This document shows, in pieces, positions 59,357 to 64,000 of a stretch of DNA of 64,000 nt. The position numbers were made by a program, and so were the translations under genes. The stretch lies in IMG/VR virus record IMGVR_UViG_3300031555_004294, positions 160,001 to 224,000 of that record. One strand, given 5' to 3'. This DNA is from a virus (lineage: Duplodnaviria; Caudoviricetes). Below the pieces are notes generated by a model, which worked only from the letters and a program-made list of their open reading frames with translations, ran no database searches and was not told where the DNA came from. Each line of letters opens with the position of its first letter. Position 1 is the first letter of the stretch.

Positions 59357-61047
59357 TGGCAAAATCTAGTGAAAAGATAACAATCCAAATACCTCTTTCT
59401 ATTAGACAGTTGGATTTAATGATTGGTACAGTAATGACATTTAACGATACTGTCAATAAGCAACTCATTAGAAAAATTAACGAGCTGATAAAGAATGTTG
59501 ATAAGAATGACTATGCTGATGATATTGAATTGGCATCAAGATTATGGATGCTGAAAGGTTTAATCAAGTATAGACTTAAGAGTGGTTTAAAGACTTCTGA
59601 TGAGTTACTTGATGCTATTAGAGTTGGTGGAAAATATGAAGATGAAATTGAAACTATAGTCGAATGTATTGGTGACATTTGGTATGACGATGAAAATGGT
59701 TTATGTAGAGAAGACATTCTCTATACAGACCAGTTAGTATCAGACATCTTACAGTATAGTTTCATTTTCAACTATCAAGACATAATTGATGATTTGAGTG
59801 TTAAACTTAGATCTGGAGATTATGGCGACAGTTTACATGATTTTTGTGATTCATATAGAACTACTATAACTGACTTGTATAGTTCTTTTAAGAAATCTGA
59901 AAGTATTTCTAAAGAAAGTGAAAATGATTTCAATAGTAATGACTTTACATTAGAAGGAACTATTAGACGTTCTATAAGGCAGTTAAATGCTCCTTCAAGT
60001 AAACTTAAAACTTCTATACGAATGAAGAATGAAATGTTGAATGGAGGTTTTGAGTCAGGACGCTTCTATCTCATACTTGGTTTGCAAGGCGGTGGTAAGA
60101 GTGTAGAACTAATACAATTGGCTCTAGATTTCAAGCATTACAACAAAGACATTACTTTTGAAGATGGTAGAAAACCAGTAATTCTTTTTATAACTCAGGA
60201 GAACTCCATTAGAGAAACTATGGAAAGATTCTGGAGTTTTTATATGGGAAATGACGATGACTTTAAATCTCACGATCCAGAAGAAGCAATACAGATTCTT
60301 AATGAAAAAGGTTTCAATAAAGGGCCAGAACTTTTAGTTAAATATCGTAGTTCTAAGTCAATTTCTACAACTGACGTTTCTGCCATGATTGATGAAATTG
60401 AAGAAGATGGTGAAAGAAAAGTAATCGCAGTTATCCATGACTACTTAAAGAGAATTCGTAGTTCTCAATATAGTAAGAATCTTAATCTCTATGAAGAAAT
60501 GGGTTACATTTCTGATGAATTTTGTAATATAGCAAAAGAACATGATATAGTTGTAGTAAGTGCAATGCAATTTAATCGAAATGCTTTACAAAAGATAGAA
60601 GAAGCAATAAAGCAACACAAGGAAGATCCATTAAAACAGCTTGGTACTTCTGATATCGGTGAATCTGTCAAGATACTTGATAACAGTGACGTCATCTATT
60701 CTATCCATAGAAAGCCAAATGCTCTTAATGGACAATCAGTGATTAGTTACAAGTTGATGAAATATAGAGGTAAGCGTAGTGTTGATGCTCCTGACTATTT
60801 TAGTCATCCATTTGCAGAAAATAACACTATGAAACTTGAACCTGATTTAAATTTGGCTAAGTCTCTTTCTATTAAGGAATTAGGTAATGGAACAGAAAAT
60901 TACGATCCTGTTGAACATCGTAAACAAATGGCAGAAAAGAAAACTGGTAAAATATCTGGTGGTAGAAAAGTCACTGTTGATAGAGAAAAAAGAGCAAATC
61001 TACTAAGAGATGATTCCGATGAGGAAGAAGAGTCTGAAGAAGAATAA
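59356..61047 (+). CDS. DnaB-like replicative helicase
   Basis: Walker A GLQGGGKS, FITQEN, Walker B IHDYL, SAMQFNR, KYR. Confidence 0.9.
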   Translation: MAKSSEKITIQIPLSIRQLDLMIGTVMTFNDTVNKQLIRKINELIKNVDKNDYADDIELASRLWMLKGLIKYRLKSGLKTSDELLDAIRVGGKYEDEIETIVECIGDIWYDDENGLCREDILYTDQLVSDILQYSFIFNYQDIIDDLSVKLRSGDYGDSLHDFCDSYRTTITDLYSSFKKSESISKESENDFNSNDFTLEGTIRRSIRQLNAPSSKLKTSIRMKNEMLNGGFESGRFYLILGLQGGGKSVELIQLALDFKHYNKDITFEDGRKPVILFITQENSIRETMERFWSFYMGNDDDFKSHDPEEAIQILNEKGFNKGPELLVKYRSSKSISTTDVSAMIDEIEEDGERKVIAVIHDYLKRIRSSQYSKNLNLYEEMGYISDEFCNIAKEHDIVVVSAMQFNRNALQKIEEAIKQHKEDPLKQLGTSDIGESVKILDNSDVIYSIHRKPNALNGQSVISYKLMKYRGKRSVDAPDYFSHPFAENNTMKLEPDLNLAKSLSIKELGNGTENYDPVEHRKQMAEKKTGKISGGRKVTVDREKRANLLRDDSDEEEESEEE

Positions 61048-61113
61048 AAATTTTATGGAGTAATACCAACTTTTAATGGTATTACTCCATATTAAAGAAA
61101 GAGGAAAATACTT

Positions 61114-61605
61114 ATGAAAAATGTAACTAAAGAACTTCTAAGTGCTCTTAAAACTGAAGAGATTGAAGAGGTTATTTCATATTTGAATATAAAGCTACAT
61201 GATGCAAAAGTTGGCAATTATAAGATAACCAAAGAACAATTTTTAAAGCATTTTGAACTAACAGAAGAACAGTTTGAAAAAATTAATGACATTTTTCTTG
61301 ATATTAGTTGCTGTTTAAACCTTGGTGATTTTTATATAACCATTGATATACCTGAAGAAAACTATACTGAACCGTATCTAGAAAAATGCTATTCTGAAGA
61401 TGCAAATAAATACGGTGGTTTAAACTATTTAGAGAGTTATTCTGACAATTTACAGGAACAATTTTTTGAAACTTTTGAAGCTAGATGTGTTTATTGGGGC
61501 AGAGTTAATACTGAAGAAATTACAACTTTCTTATTTGATAGTAAATTTTTAGAAGAAATATCTGATAGACTTCAAATTACAATTGAACCTAATTATGACA
61601 CCTAA
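61114..61605 (+). CDS. Hypothetical protein
   Basis: GAGG RBS. Confidence 0.7.
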   Translation: MKNVTKELLSALKTEEIEEVISYLNIKLHDAKVGNYKITKEQFLKHFELTEEQFEKINDIFLDISCCLNLGDFYITIDIPEENYTEPYLEKCYSEDANKYGGLNYLESYSDNLQEQFFETFEARCVYWGRVNTEEITTFLFDSKFLEEISDRLQITIEPNYDT

Positions 61606-61621
61606 AAAGGAGATCTCTAAA

Positions 61622-61933
61622 ATGAAAATAAGAATCTACCAAATAGATCCAGAAAAAGATAAAAATCAAGTTCTTTTTCTTGGTCTTAAAACATTGTCTT
61701 TGAAAAATTATCAAGTAGACAGGAAAATTTATGATGTAGTTTTTGAGAATGAAGTCAACGCTAATGACTTAGAAGATGTATATACAATTTTTAACATCAA
61801 TCATCCAGAAGGTTATATTGGAAGATCTTTATCTAAATCTGATGTTGTTGAAGTCATTGAAGGAAATGAAGAAACTCTTATTGGCTTTTACTTCTGCGAT
61901 AGAATCGGGTTTAAAAAGATAGACTTCAACTAA
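61622..61933 (+). CDS. YodL-domain protein
   Basis: IYQI...Y.VVF...LEDVYTIFNINHPEGYIGRSLSKSDVV...YFCDRIGF. Confidence 0.85.
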   Translation: MKIRIYQIDPEKDKNQVLFLGLKTLSLKNYQVDRKIYDVVFENEVNANDLEDVYTIFNINHPEGYIGRSLSKSDVVEVIEGNEETLIGFYFCDRIGFKKIDFN

Positions 61934-61941
61934 CACTTACA

Positions 61942-61981
61942 AAAGATACTCTGGAATTTTATTCAGAGTATCTTTTTTTTT
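61942..61981 (+). terminator. Intrinsic terminator
   Basis: AAAGATACTCTG/CAGAGTATCTTT plus T run. Confidence 0.85.
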
Positions 61982-61991
61982 GTAATTTCCA

Positions 61992-62003
61992 AACATAAAA
62001 TTA
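61992..62003 (+). promoter_or_regulatory. AACA-N6-TA late-type promoter
   Basis: AACAtaaaatTA upstream of the endolysin. Confidence 0.6.
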
Positions 62004-62052
62004 TCCCACTTTGTTAACTATAGTTTTCTTAAATGAGAAAGGATGATTTTTA

Positions 62053-62928
62053 GTGTCAACAATAGTAAACAGACTTATAGCTACTGCAAAAGATGAAATA
62101 GGGTATCTTGAGAAAGAAACTAACGAACAACTTGATGATAAAACGGCTAATGCTGGGGATAAAAATTTTACAAAATATGCAAGAGATTTGGATAAAATTT
62201 CTAATTTTTACAATGGACGTAAAAATGGTCATCCATGGTGTGATGCATTTGTAGATTGGTGCTTTGTAAAGACATTTGGTATTGAAAATGCTAGATACTT
62301 ACTTTGCCAACCAGAAAAATCATTAGGAGCTGGATGTAAGTATTCACTAATGTACTACAAAGAAAATGGTCAGTTTTATTACTCTTCTCCTAAAATTGGA
62401 GACCAAATTTTCTTTGAAAGTGAACTTGGAGAAGTTATTCATACTGGTTTGGTGTATAAAGTAACTTCTGCATATGTATACACTATTGAAGGTAATACAT
62501 CTTCTTTACCAGGTGTTGTAGCAAATGGTGGAATGGTTAGAGACAAAAAATATCCATTAGGAGCTAGTTATATTGCAGGTTATGGCAGACCAAACTATGC
62601 ACACATAAAATCTTCTTATCAACCAACCGTATTAGAATGGCAAGAAGCAGCTATTAAAGATAGTTTCAAATTTCCTAAATATGGTGCGGATGGTAAATGG
62701 GGAGATGAATGTAAAGAAGTAGCATGTAAAGCTATTGTTAAAAAACGAAAATTGAGATACAAATATAAAAACCTTACAAAACTAGTTCAACGAGTAATTA
62801 ATGTAACTGATGATGGAAAATGTGGTAAGGAGACTAAGAAAGCTATAATTGCATATCAGATAGCAAACAATCTTACTTCAGATGGCAAAGTTGGTCTTGA
62901 AACTTGGGAACATATGTTAAATGTATAA
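62053..62928 (+). CDS. Endolysin: CHAP domain plus PG_binding_1 domains
   Basis: PWCDAFV, HTGLV, TIEGN; DGKWG, DGKCG..T..AI..YQ..L..DGKVG..TW. Confidence 0.9.
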   Translation: MSTIVNRLIATAKDEIGYLEKETNEQLDDKTANAGDKNFTKYARDLDKISNFYNGRKNGHPWCDAFVDWCFVKTFGIENARYLLCQPEKSLGAGCKYSLMYYKENGQFYYSSPKIGDQIFFESELGEVIHTGLVYKVTSAYVYTIEGNTSSLPGVVANGGMVRDKKYPLGASYIAGYGRPNYAHIKSSYQPTVLEWQEAAIKDSFKFPKYGADGKWGDECKEVACKAIVKKRKLRYKYKNLTKLVQRVINVTDDGKCGKETKKAIIAYQIANNLTSDGKVGLETWEHMLNV

Positions 62929-63032
62929 AATGCAAAGGATATATCTAGTTTTCTAGATATATCCTCTTTAAATTTTAATTTTTTCTTTGTTTATATATTC
63001 TTATCCTGTACAAAATAAAAGGAGGTTTAAAA

Positions 63033-63305
63033 ATGTACGTAGAAAATCTAATCAACAGAAAACTTATGCATGTAAGAACTAAGAAGCTTTACAAGATTCG
63101 TCATCTACCTAAAAAATATGGGGATGATGCTATTAATGCAGGTCATTATTACATACCAATATTGAACTTAAAAAATAATGACCAAAATGTACTTCATCTT
63201 AACAAAAGAACTTACAAACAGTATATCATCTTAGATGAACTAACTAATTGTAAGGATGAAGAAGCAACTAAAATGTTACATGATTTAACTTGTACGCTCA
63301 ACTAA
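63033..63305 (+). CDS. Hypothetical protein (early motif at 62992-62999)
   Basis: AAGGAGG RBS. Confidence 0.7.
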   Translation: MYVENLINRKLMHVRTKKLYKIRHLPKKYGDDAINAGHYYIPILNLKNNDQNVLHLNKRTYKQYIILDELTNCKDEEATKMLHDLTCTLN

Positions 63306-63312
63306 AATTTAG

Positions 63313-63352
63313 AAAGAGAAATCTACCAATAGGTAGATTTCTCTTTTTTTTT
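63313..63352. terminator. Bidirectional terminator
   Basis: AAAGAGAAATCTACC/GGTAGATTTCTCTTT. Confidence 0.85.
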
Positions 63353-63831
63353 TAAATCAATCTCGTGTCTTTAACTCTAACTGGTGTTAAAGTATGTTTT
63401 TCAATAAATTCAGGTTTTGCTTTATTAAATCTAAGATCTTTGTTAGCAGAACTCAAAATACGATTGATATGTCCTATTTTATTTGGGTCAAAAATATTTA
63501 TAACAGGTAGATTAAATTCAGCTGCAGATGGAATTGGGTTGAACATAAGTACCAGATACCATAAATCAATACTACCGTAAATTAGTTTTGCAACCAATTC
63601 AGGATGATAGTATAAACTTTCTGGACATTTTGCTTTTATTACAAACTGTGAGAGATACCCTTTATACCTTTCCAATGCAGTATAATCGTAAGTATAAAAT
63701 TCGTTATTAAAATTTACTTTATGACTGATATTTGTAAGAGTTAGTGCATTATTTTCACTTTTTTCTATTTGTGTTTTTAAATTAGAAATACCTGCAGTAC
63801 TATCAAATCTAGATAAATCTATAGTTTCCAT
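63352..63831 (-). CDS. Baseplate wedge protein (T4 gp53/LysM-like)
   Basis: YHPELVAKLIYGSIDLWYLVLMFN motif. Confidence 0.7.
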   Translation of the reverse strand: METIDLSRFDSTAGISNLKTQIEKSENNALTLTNISHKVNFNNEFYTYDYTALERYKGYLSQFVIKAKCPESLYYHPELVAKLIYGSIDLWYLVLMFNPIPSAAEFNLPVINIFDPNKIGHINRILSSANKDLRFNKAKPEFIEKHTLTPVRVKDTRLI

Positions 63832-63850
63832 AAATTATATTCACCTTCCT

Positions 63851-64000
63851 TTACTTAGAAGTATTCGTATCTTCAGTTTTAGCAGAAATATTGTAACGCC
63901 TAGCTAGAAGCTTACCATTGATATAACTTGTACCATCAGTTCTAACTCTATCTCTAAATGTAACAAAACTATCAACGTCTAATCTATCATGTATATGAAC
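63851..64000 (-). CDS. C-terminal fragment of an upstream gene (possibly baseplate/spike)
   Basis: Open frame VHIHDRLDVDSFVTFRDRVRTDGTSYINGKLLARRYNISAKTEDTNTSK* running off the window edge. Confidence 0.55.
   Translation of the reverse strand, partial: VHIHDRLDVDSFVTFRDRVRTDGTSYINGKLLARRYNISAKTEDTNTSK

Noticed and set aside
790-63580. Short antisense or nested ORFs in the track (e.g. 1258, 10867, 11287, 31375, 44358, 59511)
   Set aside because: They are shadows of longer genes, with no RBS or recognisable motifs.
1-64000. Stop-codon reassignment as in some gut jumbo phages
   Set aside because: Code 11 gives dense, full-length genes, and TAA, TGA and TAG all end genes.

Overview
AT-rich (roughly 70-75% AT by eye), standard-code segment of an AR9/PBS1- or phiKZ-like jumbo phage. 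The host is probably a Firmicute, judging by the strong GGAGG RBSs and the YodL, HPr-like, HD-GYP and CHAP genes. Core genes: two split beta-prime subunits of a multisubunit RNA polymerase, primase, DnaB-like helicase, SbcD/Mre11 nuclease, tandem RNase H, a guanylate kinase-like protein, a possible sigma-like subunit, large virion/baseplate genes and a CHAP endolysin. The C-terminal beta-prime gene is broken by two ORF-less group I introns whose splice sites can be read from the sequence. Two promoter classes are visible: AACA-N6-TA (AR9 late type, 16 copies) and TATATATY (early type, about 8 copies). The most unusual feature is about 28 small proteins, mostly in four tandem arrays at 14.7-28.3 kb. 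They share a short N-terminal K(Q/E)xxF(D/E/N/Y)-type tag on otherwise unrelated bodies, and one array has cassette-like junction repeats. Other oddities: a free-standing RlmN-tail (AACGQL) peptide, a dead HD-GYP next to an MshEN-like membrane protein, and two candidate anti-Shine-Dalgarno RNAs. No tRNA, rRNA, CRISPR array or reverse transcriptase was seen. All family calls come from motif recognition by eye, not database searches.
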